The notes under the pieces are model-generated. The model was not told the origin of the DNA. It saw only the letters and a program-made list of their open reading frames with translations, and searched no databases. Position numbers and translations under genes: made by a program. A DNA stretch of 64,000 nt from an uncultured Gammaproteobacteria bacterium (lineage in GTDB: Bacteria > Pseudomonadota > Gammaproteobacteria > JAADHQ01), in the NCBI GenBank assembly GCA_963807455.1, contig CAWECS010000014.1:91114-155113 (forward strand), read 5' to 3'. The first letter of the stretch is position 1; each line of letters starts with the position of its first letter. This document shows, one piece after another, positions 53,949-63,627 of this stretch.

Positions 53949-55313
53949 CTAGTCGGCATCTATCCCCAGCTTCTTGAGTTTTCGCCATAATGATACACGG
54001 TCGATGCCGAGAGTTTTGGCGGCCTGTGTTCGGTTGCCGTCGGCTATTTTCAAGGCATTCAGGATATGCTCCATCTCCTGCTCCTTGAGCGTCGTCGGGG
54101 TGGCTGCCATTTCTGGCTTGAATACGCGCACACTGATCGAGCTCAGATTTTGTGGTAAATGTTCGATATCCAGGGTCTTTCCATGGGTCAGGGCGACACC
54201 CCGCTCAATGAAATTCGACAGTTCGCGTATATTACCGGGATAGTCATAGTCGACCAGTCGCTGCATGGCTTCAGTGCTTATTTCGTGCAAGTCGCGCTCC
54301 ATCATTGTCGAAAACTTGCGTAGGAAATAGTAAGCCAGCAGTGGTATATCGTCGCGTCGCTCGCGCAAGGCGGGAAGGGTCAGTGTGACGACATTGAGGC
54401 GGAAGTAGAGGTCGTTACGCATCTGACCTTCATCAACGGCAGTCTTGAGGTCTCGATTGCTGGCTGCGATAACACGTACATCGATATCAATGGGTTGGTT
54501 CGAGCCGACCCGCATCAGTTCGCGTTCCTGCAGCACACGTAGCAATTTGACCTGCATCAGCAGGGGCATTTCGGCGACTTCGTCCAAAAATATGGTGCCA
54601 TTTTGCGCAGCTTCGAACAGACCGATCTTGGTGGCACTTGCCCCGGTGAATGAGCCTTTCTCGTGGCCAAATAGTTCACTGGCAGCGATCTCTTCGTGCA
54701 ATGCGCCACAGTTGAAGGCCACGAAGGGGTCTTCTGCACGTTGACTGTGTTGGTGGATGTATCTGGCCAGGAGTTCCTTGCCGGTGCCGGATTCGCCATG
54801 GATGACAATACTGGTGGCGGTAGCTGCGATCTGGCGGGCGGTTTCAAGTAAGCGTTGCATGCCCAGGTCTTGTGTAATGATCGAGGCGACACTTGAAATA
54901 TCCTCGATACGCTGTTTTAACTGTCTGTTCTCGCGTTTGATGCTGCGCAGGTCCAATGCAGAGCGCACGACTTCACGTGCTTCGTCGAGTCGGAACGGCT
55001 TGGCGATATAGTGAAAGGCCCCGGCTTTCATGGCATTAACGGCGGAATCGAGAGAGGCATGCCCCGTGATCATAATGACCGGGACATCGGGTGTGGATTC
55101 GCGGATATGGCGCAATACATCCATGCCGTCGATGCCAGGCATCTTCAAATCAGTCAGAACGAGGTCGAATTCAGTAGTCTGCATTTCGGTGAGAGCGCTT
55201 TTTCCATCCCTGCACGCGGTCACGTCGTAACCCTCACGCTCAAGGACATGACTGAGGTTTGACAGGGCGATAGTCTCGTCGTCAATCAGCAGGATGTGTG
55301 GTTTATCACTCAT
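53949..55313 (-). CDS. Sigma54-dependent response regulator (NtrC family)
   Basis: Receiver DLKMP, GESGTGKE, GSFTGA, FLDEV, PGNIREL, HTH LGIDRVSLWRK. Confidence 0.95.
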   Translation of the reverse strand: MSDKPHILLIDDETIALSNLSHVLEREGYDVTACRDGKSALTEMQTTEFDLVLTDLKMPGIDGMDVLRHIRESTPDVPVIMITGHASLDSAVNAMKAGAFHYIAKPFRLDEAREVVRSALDLRSIKRENRQLKQRIEDISSVASIITQDLGMQRLLETARQIAATATSIVIHGESGTGKELLARYIHQHSQRAEDPFVAFNCGALHEEIAASELFGHEKGSFTGASATKIGLFEAAQNGTIFLDEVAEMPLLMQVKLLRVLQERELMRVGSNQPIDIDVRVIAASNRDLKTAVDEGQMRNDLYFRLNVVTLTLPALRERRDDIPLLAYYFLRKFSTMMERDLHEISTEAMQRLVDYDYPGNIRELSNFIERGVALTHGKTLDIEHLPQNLSSISVRVFKPEMAATPTTLKEQEMEHILNALKIADGNRTQAAKTLGIDRVSLWRKLKKLGIDAD

Positions 55314-56788
55314 GATGGCTCCAGTTCACTGTTGGATGCCCGTTCGAGCGGCAGCCAGATGGAGAATCGTACTCCGCCTTCGGGACGATTTTCGACGGCG
55401 ATACAACCCCGGTGTTCGTTGATAATCTCTTCGACCAGGTACAAGCCTAGTCCAGTGCCTTCACCACTGGATTGGGTGGTGAAAAAGGGGTCGAATATCT
55501 TTGGCATGTCTTCTGGCGAAATACCTGGTCCATCGTCATCGATATACATCAACATGACATGCTTGAACTGGCCAATGCCGGTGGTATCACCTGCCAGGTT
55601 GTTGCTATTAACAGGTTTGGATTCCTCCCAGGTGGTTTCCTGGCCGATAATCCAGATGTTCTTGGCGCCTGCGTGCGTCGCATTTTTAATGAGATTAATG
55701 AAGACTTGTTGCATACGTTCGCGATCCACCAGCAACATCCCGTCAGCGACATCCTCAATGTGAAGCAACACATCCTGCGGAAGCTGGCGATGAATCAGCA
55801 GTGTCGCTCCCTGAACCAGCCTGGCGGCACCCAATAATTGCATTTGTTGTGTCGGCAAGCGCACGGTGTCGAGCAGGCGTTTAACGATGCGGCGAGCCCG
55901 CTCAGTCTCACCATCGATATGGGCTAACCACTGCTTGCGTAAATCTTCTCGCGTGTTGCCGTCGTCTTCCATGAGTAATTGCACCGAGGTGGAGATGTTA
56001 GACAGCGGGTTGTTCAATTCATGAGCGACACCTGATACCAGCACACCGAGTGCGGCGGCGCGTTCATGGCGGCGCAGCTGGGTCTGCTGTTCACGCAGTT
56101 GTTCCAGCATGGAATTGAAGTGAAACACAAAGGACTCAATCTCCTTATCGTCCGAAGGCAGTACCAGTGTCTGTGCATTGCCCTCGGCGAGTTGGTCGAG
56201 CTGCTTTTCAAGTTGTGTCAGGGGCCGAACGACCCGGCGTACCATATACATGGCGCTGATAAGGCCGATAAGAATGACGGTGAAAGAAGCAAATATCAAT
56301 GTTTGTGCCGCGACTGCCGTGGTTTTAGTGAGAATGCCTCGTTGGCTCTGGGCGACGCCCTGGATCAGTTCTGAAAGCTGGTGCCCGGTCTTGCGGATCG
56401 CTGCCTGTTTGGCAGCGCGCGCATCCGGTGCAAGACCGGCGTATTCGTCAATTTGTATGTTGTAGGTGGTCAATCCCTGCTCCAGCTGTTGCAATTTAGC
56501 CGGACCGGCGATGGCGGCGAACACACGTTCTCCTTTGGCCAGCGCCTCTCGCGCCACACTGAGCTGCTGTTGCAGTTGTTGCAGATCGTCGGGGTCGTGA
56601 TACAGGAACAGGTTTTTTTCGTCACGGCGTATTTTCTGGCTGGCCACATAGAGGTCGTCGACGGCTTCACCTTCGACAATATGGGTTTTCAGGTAATGCA
56701 GGTCAGCGATGACGACAGCGACAAAAATCAGCAGAGCACCTTTGGAGAGTCCATAGGAGGTGAGAATCTTGCTGCGCAGACTGGTCAT
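55310..56788 (-). CDS. Membrane sensor histidine kinase (periplasmic helical domain, HAMP)
   Basis: TM-periplasmic-TM-HAMP, GVAHELNNP, QVFINLIKNA, DDGPG, GTGLGL; likely start MTSLRSK at 56788. Confidence 0.92.
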   Translation of the reverse strand: MTSLRSKILTSYGLSKGALLIFVAVVIADLHYLKTHIVEGEAVDDLYVASQKIRRDEKNLFLYHDPDDLQQLQQQLSVAREALAKGERVFAAIAGPAKLQQLEQGLTTYNIQIDEYAGLAPDARAAKQAAIRKTGHQLSELIQGVAQSQRGILTKTTAVAAQTLIFASFTVILIGLISAMYMVRRVVRPLTQLEKQLDQLAEGNAQTLVLPSDDKEIESFVFHFNSMLEQLREQQTQLRRHERAAALGVLVSGVAHELNNPLSNISTSVQLLMEDDGNTREDLRKQWLAHIDGETERARRIVKRLLDTVRLPTQQMQLLGAARLVQGATLLIHRQLPQDVLLHIEDVADGMLLVDRERMQQVFINLIKNATHAGAKNIWIIGQETTWEESKPVNSNNLAGDTTGIGQFKHVMLMYIDDDGPGISPEDMPKIFDPFFTTQSSGEGTGLGLYLVEEIINEHRGCIAVENRPEGGVRFSIWLPLERASNSELEPS

Positions 56789-56819
56789 GTGTATCGTGCA
56801 TCTCTCGCCTGGATTGAGT

Positions 56820-56888
56820 TGTTGCATATTACAACACCGTTACAGGCAATACCAACTCATGAGGGATGATATGTTTCAATATGTAACA
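56820..56888. promoter_or_regulatory. Paired upstream activator sites (TGT-N11-ACA)
   Basis: TGTTGCATATTACAACA at 56820-56836 and TGTTTCAATATGTAACA at 56872-56888. Confidence 0.65.
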
Positions 56889-56939
56889 CTCATTTAAAGG
56901 AATTTTTTATAGACGGTTGTTTTATATATAAATTTAATT

Positions 56940-56956
56940 TTGGCATGTTCTGTGCA
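56940..56956 (+). promoter_or_regulatory. Sigma54 -24/-12 promoter
   Basis: TTGGCATGTTCTGTGCA with GG-N10-GC spacing, about 40 bp before ATG 56995. Confidence 0.7.
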
Positions 56957-56994
56957 ACAACATACTCAAATTTAAATTGGATCTGGAGTGAGTA

Positions 56995-57591
56995 ATGAAA
57001 AAATTAACGGGCGCTATAAAGCAGATGTTAGATGCCCTGGCATTTGAACATGCCGGTGAACACATGAGTATGAAGGATAAAACGCAGATCCTGGCCCAGT
57101 CGTCGAATTCAGTCAATGAAGCCGCACTCAAAGAGCTGCAACCCTCCCTGTCTCGTTCCGGCAGCAGTTCACGTCGAGTGGCACTCTATATGGGTAGCGA
57201 GCTGCCACCTGAAGTGATGGGTTATGTGATAGAGACCTGTTCACGTCTGAAACACCAACTCACTGTCTTGAGCTTTCAGTCCGAGTACATTACCCGGGAA
57301 TTGCTCAGCGAATATCAACACACGCTTGAGGAGACTGGGGTCGAAATGGAGGTGGTCGCCCTGAGCGGTGATCCTGTGTCTGGTTTGGGCCGCTATTTGC
57401 GTAAACACCCGGAAATCGCATTTCTTACCTGCAGGGATACCGGTTATTTGGGGCGCAGATGCCTAAAAGGCAAGTATCCCCAGAATGCTTTTCCCGTGCC
57501 TGTGGTGGTGGTTACAACGGTTGCAGAGGATGCTGGCGTCCAGAGCGAAGCGGCTTCCACGGATGATAGCGGGGAAGTAGTCGTCGCATAA
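56995..57591 (+). CDS. Hypothetical protein, possibly degenerate USP-like fold
   Basis: GGAG RBS; RRVAL beta start, alpha/beta pattern, C-terminal FPVPVVVV strand. Confidence 0.65.
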   Translation: MKKLTGAIKQMLDALAFEHAGEHMSMKDKTQILAQSSNSVNEAALKELQPSLSRSGSSSRRVALYMGSELPPEVMGYVIETCSRLKHQLTVLSFQSEYITRELLSEYQHTLEETGVEMEVVALSGDPVSGLGRYLRKHPEIAFLTCRDTGYLGRRCLKGKYPQNAFPVPVVVVTTVAEDAGVQSEAASTDDSGEVVVA

Positions 57592-57689
57592 AGCAGAAAG
57601 TGGTATACTGTCGTGCTCATGTTTGCCCGGAGAGTTCCGGTGTAGCATGAGCATTCTGCTTTCTGTCGTCATTAAAATGTGGTTATTGC

Positions 57690-59756
57690 GTGTTAAAAAA
57701 ATTTTTTCCTTTCCTTAGATGGTTTCCCTTTACAGGTGAAAGTCTTCGAGCAGACTTAATTGCGGGTATTACAATCGCAATGATTCTGGTGCCACAGAGT
57801 ATGGCTTATGCATCTTTGGCGGGCCTGCCCGTCGTGTACGGCCTGTACGCTTCCTTTTTGCCAGTCATTGTTGCTTCCATGTGGGGTGCTTCGCGTTTTT
57901 TGCATACCGGCCCAGTCGCCATGTTGTCACTGATGTCGGCAGCGGCGATAGAGCCTCTTGCTCGTCGTGGTACAGATGAGTTTATCCAGCTTTCCCTGTT
58001 ATTGGCATTGCTGGTAGGTGTGCTGCGCCTGGCGCTGGGTCTATTCCGTATGGGTGTGTTGATTAATCTCGCTTCCCATCCGGTTATCCTCGGTTTTACC
58101 AATGCGGCTGCACTCATTATCGGTTTGTCCTTGCTGAACAGTTTTCTGGGTGTTCCCATGCCAAGGTCAGACATTTTTCTCGCTGATCTGTTGCAAGTAG
58201 TTCAGCAGCTGGCCACTGTACATGGCCCAACGCTGGTGTTTGGTCTGTGTGCCCTGGTGGCCTTGTACTGGTTGCGTGCGCGATTTCCAAAATGGCCTGG
58301 TGTATTGATTGTTGTCATCCTGGGGATACTGATTAGCGCCGTTACTCAATTCGAAAAGATTCAGGTGGTTGAGCCGCAGCAAATTGCCGATGTGGCGGTG
58401 CGTTCCAAATTTGAATCACTGAAGACGGATCAGGCAAAGCTGAAGCGTATAAAGGAAAAACAGAAAAGCATCAGGGATCAGTTGCAGAATCTGGACCAGG
58501 AAGACAAACGGACCTATGTCATGCAGGCCGATTTGTTGCGTCTCAAGGGTGAAGAGAGCAGCGTGAAGCACAGTCTGTACAATAAACAAGTCGAGACCCA
58601 TGAGGTCGCCCTGGTGCCCGAGGTACAGAGCGACGGACAGGTGCTTTATCAGCTTGCCAAGCAAACCGGTCCATTTACCACCGTGTGGCGCTGGTCCGGT
58701 TATACCGAAAACAAGTTCAGTCTCTCAGGTGGTGGCGCAGTGGTGGGCAGTATACCCAGTGGCTTGCCGGGCTTCAGTGTGCCCACCATGGATCTTGGCA
58801 TTATTTCTGACCTGTTTGCGGTGGCTTTCATTATGGCGATGATCGGTTTCATGGAGGCCACTTCAATTTCACGTGCCCTGGCTGCCAAGACCCGTGAAAA
58901 ACTTGATCCTAATCAGGAATTGATAGGACAGGGTCTGGCCAATATTGTCGGTAGTTTCTTCCAGTCTTACGTGGTGAGTGGTTCGTTTTCACGATCTGCC
59001 GTCGCCGCCCGTGTTGGCGCGAGGACCGGCTTCTACGCCGTTGTGAGTGCACTGGGCGTATTGCTGGTGATGCTGTTTCTGACGGAATATCTTTATCATC
59101 TGCCAAAGGCAGTACTGGCCGCCATTGTGATGAGTGCTGTCTTCGGTCTGATCGACTATAAATCAATGGTGCATGCATGGAAGGTACGCCGCAACGACGG
59201 CATCGTCGGCTTGATCACTTTTATTACCACGCTGGTCATGGCGCCAGCACTCGCAGACGGGGTTTTGGTGGGCGTGGCATTTACGATCCTGCTGTTCCTC
59301 GCAAGCACCATGAAGCCACGCAGCGAAGTACTGGGTCGCATGGCAAATGGCTCTCTGGCTGGCGCGGCCACACATGATCTGGCGCCTATCAGTGAAAATT
59401 ATGTCGTGATGCGCTTCGATGCCTCACTGGTCTTTATAAACGCAACCCATTTCGAGTATGCTATTTTAAAGTCATTGAATGAATTCCCTGATGCCCAGGC
59501 GATCCTGGTCATTGGTCAGGGCATCAACGATGTCGATGCAACAGGTGAGGAAAAACTACGTGCACTTACCCAGGATCTTAAGTCGGCCGGTGTTACCCTG
59601 ATGCTTGCGGGTCTCAAGCGACCGGTCCGCGAGGCATTGGAGAGAGCTCACCTGCAAGAGGTGATCGGTGAGGAGAATATTATTGCTAACAAGGAAACCG
59701 CGTTGAAGATAATGGAAGAACGATATTCCAAAGGGAAAGTGGAGCACGCGGCCTAG
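57690..59756 (+). CDS. SulP/SLC26 anion transporter with STAS domain
   Basis: DLIAGITIAMILVPQSMAYASLAGLP, TGPVA, DPNQELIGQG, SFSRSAV, STAS RFDASLVF...DVDATG. Confidence 0.93.
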   Translation: MLKKFFPFLRWFPFTGESLRADLIAGITIAMILVPQSMAYASLAGLPVVYGLYASFLPVIVASMWGASRFLHTGPVAMLSLMSAAAIEPLARRGTDEFIQLSLLLALLVGVLRLALGLFRMGVLINLASHPVILGFTNAAALIIGLSLLNSFLGVPMPRSDIFLADLLQVVQQLATVHGPTLVFGLCALVALYWLRARFPKWPGVLIVVILGILISAVTQFEKIQVVEPQQIADVAVRSKFESLKTDQAKLKRIKEKQKSIRDQLQNLDQEDKRTYVMQADLLRLKGEESSVKHSLYNKQVETHEVALVPEVQSDGQVLYQLAKQTGPFTTVWRWSGYTENKFSLSGGGAVVGSIPSGLPGFSVPTMDLGIISDLFAVAFIMAMIGFMEATSISRALAAKTREKLDPNQELIGQGLANIVGSFFQSYVVSGSFSRSAVAARVGARTGFYAVVSALGVLLVMLFLTEYLYHLPKAVLAAIVMSAVFGLIDYKSMVHAWKVRRNDGIVGLITFITTLVMAPALADGVLVGVAFTILLFLASTMKPRSEVLGRMANGSLAGAATHDLAPISENYVVMRFDASLVFINATHFEYAILKSLNEFPDAQAILVIGQGINDVDATGEEKLRALTQDLKSAGVTLMLAGLKRPVREALERAHLQEVIGEENIIANKETALKIMEERYSKGKVEHAA

Positions 59757-59864
59757 CGACAAGGCTTGTTCCGGTAGCAAGCCGAACGATGAGCTGCCTT
59801 AAAAGTAGTGGCCATCTACTAGCCTTTTTACATCAATATATTAAGCAAGATCAGGTGTTAACTC

Positions 59865-59880
59865 ATAGATTATTGTCTAT
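59865..59880. promoter_or_regulatory. Candidate LysR/CbbR-type operator upstream of csoS1D
   Basis: Inverted repeat ATAGATTATTGTCTAT (ATAG-N8-CTAT). Confidence 0.45.
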
Positions 59881-60042
59881 TGATAATCATGTTATTATTA
59901 ATTTGCATAAAACTATGGTGTTTATTAACATGTTCCGTCTTATTTTGGGGATACTTCTATGCATCTTCGTGAATGCAATGCTCATGTTGCGCGGTATTTG
60001 GTTTTCCTTCTATGATAATAAGATTTTAAGCGAAACGATCTG

Positions 60043-60657
60043 ATGGTAAAACTCAGGACTTATGTCTACATCGATTCAATGCAGCCTCAATTAGCGGAAT
60101 ATATGGCTTCCGTTTCGCAGGGGTTCCCACCAGTGCCGGGTGATGCCTGCCTGTGGGTTGAAGTTTCGCCTGGTATGGCCGTTCACCGCGTGACCGACAT
60201 CGCTTTAAAGGCTTCACAAGTCAAGCTGACACAGCAGGTTGTAGAACGTGCATTCGGGTCAATGGTCGTCCATCATCGTACTCAAAGTGACGTGATTGAA
60301 GCGGGTAATACACTATTGACCAGTATCGGCGCTAGCGTGAGTGACCGGGAGCATTGTGAAATCGAGTGGCAGGAAATCATTCATGGCATGACCGCTGATC
60401 ATGCGGTTTTGATAAACCGCCAGCATCGTGGAGGTTCTATGATGTTACCCGGTGAGAGTATGTTTATCCTGGAAACCCAGCCGGCCGGATATATCGTTTA
60501 TGCCGCTAATCAGGCAGAAAAAGCAGCCAATATTACCCTTGTTGATGTACGCGCCGTTGGTGCCTATGGTCGATTAACCCTGACAGGTCGCGAAGCGGAT
60601 GTCGAAGAAGCCGCCGCCGCCGCGCTGGCTGCTATTGAAAATCCCGCCTGGACATAA
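60043..60657 (+). CDS. csoS1D: Tandem-BMC carboxysome shell protein CsoS1D
   Basis: [67 protein letters not shown]. Confidence 0.9.
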   Translation: MVKLRTYVYIDSMQPQLAEYMASVSQGFPPVPGDACLWVEVSPGMAVHRVTDIALKASQVKLTQQVVERAFGSMVVHHRTQSDVIEAGNTLLTSIGASVSDREHCEIEWQEIIHGMTADHAVLINRQHRGGSMMLPGESMFILETQPAGYIVYAANQAEKAANITLVDVRAVGAYGRLTLTGREADVEEAAAAALAAIENPAWT

Positions 60658-60659
60658 GC

Positions 60660-61232
60660 ATGCATCGCCAGGAATTACTTACATTATTACGCCAACATCA
60701 AACGCGATTTATGGAAGAGGCGGGTTATATTTGTCGTGCAATCCGTTTTGTGGAAGCCCATGGCGACTGTTTTTATCGCGAGCTCTGGCCGGCCCATGTC
60801 ACGGGATCTGCCTGGGTAGTCAGTCCTGATCGCAGTCGGGTGTTGATGATGCACCATAAAAAGCATGACCAGTGGTTTCAACCCGGCGGTCACGCAGATG
60901 GTGATAACGATATTTTACGTGTAGCGCTGCGCGAAACCTCGGAAGAAACGGGTATCGATATTTCGCAGGTCAAGTTACTGGGTTCGGCTGTTTTTGATGT
61001 AGACATTCATTCGATACCGGCCATGGCGGGTGATCCACGGCATGAACACGTTGATATCCGTTTTCTGGTCGAGATAGATGATCGTCTGCCCATACCTGGC
61101 AATGATGAATCCCATGAGGTGCTGTGGATTAGCTTGAACCAGGTATCGCGTTACAACAACAATCGTTCGAGCTATCGGATGGTAGAGAAGACCCGTCAAA
61201 TGCGTAACAGTATGATTGCTATGCAGTTTTAA
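60660..61232 (+). CDS. NUDIX hydrolase
   Basis: HVTGSAWV, Nudix box GGHADGDNDILRVALRETSEETG, DVDIH; 2 bp after csoS1D. Confidence 0.9.
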   Translation: MHRQELLTLLRQHQTRFMEEAGYICRAIRFVEAHGDCFYRELWPAHVTGSAWVVSPDRSRVLMMHHKKHDQWFQPGGHADGDNDILRVALRETSEETGIDISQVKLLGSAVFDVDIHSIPAMAGDPRHEHVDIRFLVEIDDRLPIPGNDESHEVLWISLNQVSRYNNNRSSYRMVEKTRQMRNSMIAMQF

Positions 61233-61591
61233 GCTTGCTAATTTTTTTTTACGAGCATGGCTGGAGAGATGGACTAGTTGTTGATTTTGTGTTGGAATGT
61301 GCGCTTGATTTAGAGGGCAGTTTTTTATTCTGCCGGAATGCATAACACGGGTTCATTCGAGTGTTAATGCAAAGAACGAATTCTTCGCCATTCAGAATTT
61401 AGCGATTTAACTTTGAGTAGCTTCCAGGTTTGGATTCGCGTACTCAAAGACAGAATTAGGAGTCAAGCCGGATCAGCTATTTTGATTCATTTGGAATATT
61501 TTCAAGTGTCATCGAACAAAGCGGGTTGCCGGTCAGGCCTTAATAGGGTTTCCGCATACTTATTAATATGCTGAAGCATTATTATTTAGAC

Positions 61592-61611
61592 ATATAGATA
61601 ATAAACTATAT
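61592..61611. promoter_or_regulatory. Candidate LysR/CbbR-type operator upstream of cbbL
   Basis: ATATAG-N8-CTATAT inverted repeat in an AT-rich region about 115 bp before cbbL. Confidence 0.5.
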
Positions 61612-61726
61612 ATTTTAAAGAAAATATCAATTTGAACATTTATAGGTTTAGGCCTATGATTCAGTAAGTTTTTAATAAGTGATTGCATACTAATCAACTG
61701 AATACACAACGAAACAGGAGACGAAT

Positions 61727-63139
61727 ATGGCTTCAAAATCCTATCAAGCGGGTGTGAAGGAATACCGTGAAAAATACTGGACACCGGATTATGTGCCCCT
61801 AGATACTGACCTTTTGGCCTGTTTCAAGGTCACTGGGCAGCCTGATGTACCTCGTGAAGAGGTTGCTGCTGCGGTAGCTGCTGAAAGCTCAACGGGTACC
61901 TGGAGTACCGTTTGGTCAGAATTGTTAACAGACCTTGAGTTTTATAAAGGTCGTGCCTATCGCATCGAAGAAGTACCAGGCGACCCTGAGGCATTTTATG
62001 CGTTCGTAGCTTATCCAATTGACCTGTTTGAAGAAGGTTCAGTCGTTAACGTCCTGACTTCACTGGTAGGTAACGTATTTGGATTCAAGGCTCTCAAGCA
62101 CTTGCGTCTGGAAGACATCCGTTTCCCAATCGCCTATATCAAGACTTGTGGTGGACCACCAGCGGGTATCCAGGTCGAGCGTGATCGCCTGAACAAATAT
62201 GGCCGTCCAATGTTGGGTGCAACCATCAAGCCAAAACTGGGCCTGTCTGCTAAAAACTACGGCCGTGCGGTATACGAATGTTTGCGTGGTGGTCTTGATC
62301 TGACCAAAGACGACGAGAATGTTAACTCTCAGCCGTTCATGCGCTGGCGTGATCGTTTCGAGTTTGTTGCTGAAGCGATTGATAAAGCACAACGTGAAAC
62401 AGGTGAGCGTAAAGGTCATTACCTGAACGTAACGGCTTCTACACCTGAAGAAATGTACAAGCGTGCTGAATTTGCAAAAGAAGTAGGCTGTCCCATCATC
62501 ATGCATGATTTCTTGACGGGTGGTTTTACAGCGAATACAGGTCTGGCGAACTGGTGTCGTGAGAACGGTATGTTGTTGCACATTCACCGTGCTATGCATG
62601 CGGTTATCGACCGTCATCCAAAACATGGTATCCACTTCCGCGTTTTAGCCAAGTGCTTGCGTTTGTCAGGTGGTGACCATCTGCATACCGGTACTGTTGT
62701 TGGTAAACTTGAGGGTGACCGTAACTCGACATTAGGTTTTGTTGATCAATTACGTGAATCTTTCGTACCAGAAGATCGTGCACGTGGCGTGTTCTTCGAC
62801 CAGGACTGGGGCTCAATGCCTGGCGTATTCGCCGTAGCGTCCGGTGGTATTCACGTATGGCACATGCCAGCACTGGTGACTATCTTCGGTGATGACTCAG
62901 TACTGCAGTTCGGTGGTGGTACGCAGGGACATCCATGGGGTAACGCAGCGGGTGCTGCTGCTAACCGTGTTGCTCTTGAAGCCAGTGTTAAGGCACGTAA
63001 TGAAGGTCGCGTAATTGAGAAAGAGGCTCGCGACATTCTTACTGAAGCTGCACGCACTAGCCCTGAGTTGGCTATCGCAATGGAGACCTGGAAAGAAATC
63101 GTCTTCGAATTCGAAACTGTCGATAAGTTGGACGTGTAA
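61727..63139 (+). CDS. cbbL: Form IA (carboxysomal) RuBisCO large subunit
   Basis: [47 protein letters not shown]. Confidence 0.98.
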   Translation: MASKSYQAGVKEYREKYWTPDYVPLDTDLLACFKVTGQPDVPREEVAAAVAAESSTGTWSTVWSELLTDLEFYKGRAYRIEEVPGDPEAFYAFVAYPIDLFEEGSVVNVLTSLVGNVFGFKALKHLRLEDIRFPIAYIKTCGGPPAGIQVERDRLNKYGRPMLGATIKPKLGLSAKNYGRAVYECLRGGLDLTKDDENVNSQPFMRWRDRFEFVAEAIDKAQRETGERKGHYLNVTASTPEEMYKRAEFAKEVGCPIIMHDFLTGGFTANTGLANWCRENGMLLHIHRAMHAVIDRHPKHGIHFRVLAKCLRLSGGDHLHTGTVVGKLEGDRNSTLGFVDQLRESFVPEDRARGVFFDQDWGSMPGVFAVASGGIHVWHMPALVTIFGDDSVLQFGGGTQGHPWGNAAGAAANRVALEASVKARNEGRVIEKEARDILTEAARTSPELAIAMETWKEIVFEFETVDKLDV

Positions 63140-63194
63140 TCACACGTCCTTCGGACACAATTGATAACGATTTAAACATTATGAGGACTTTATA

Positions 63195-63536
63195 ATGGCA
63201 CTTACGAAAGATATGGGTAACTTTCAAACTACCCAAACACTCGAAACCTTCTCTTTCCTACCTAAGATGGATGCGAGCGATATTCAGGCGCAGATTGCTT
63301 ACATAATTGCAAATGGTTGGTCGCCTGCGATCGAACATGAGCATCCAAGCAATTCTTTCGACCATTACTGGACGATGTGGAAGCTGCCGTTTTTTGGTGA
63401 AACTGACATAACTAATGTACTGGACGAGCTGGAAGCTTGTCACCGTGCTTTCCCTGATCATCACGTTCGACTGACAGGCTATGACAGCTACACCCAATCA
63501 CAAGGTTCTGCTTTCGTGGTTTTTGAAGGACGTTAA
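63195..63536 (+). CDS. cbbS: RuBisCO small subunit
   Basis: ETFSFLP, YWTMWKLPFF, HHVRLTGYDSYTQSQG. Confidence 0.97.
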   Translation: MALTKDMGNFQTTQTLETFSFLPKMDASDIQAQIAYIIANGWSPAIEHEHPSNSFDHYWTMWKLPFFGETDITNVLDELEACHRAFPDHHVRLTGYDSYTQSQGSAFVVFEGR

Positions 63537-63547
63537 TAAACGACGGA

Positions 63548-63590
63548 TGTACTGTTGTCACCCACCGTTTGGTGGGTGCTAGTACAACAG
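63548..63590 (+). other. Intercistronic stem-loop between cbbS and csoS2
   Basis: CACCCACC-GTTT-GGTGGGTG core with flanking CTGTTGT/ACAACAG; no U-tract. Confidence 0.55.
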
Positions 63591-63627
63591 CAGTGTTTGC
63601 AACAATTATGACGCAATGGGGTTAACG

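Noticed and set aside
59789-60043. 84-aa ORF upstream of csoS1D
   Set aside because: Spans an AT-rich promoter region with an operator-like palindrome; no recognisable family.
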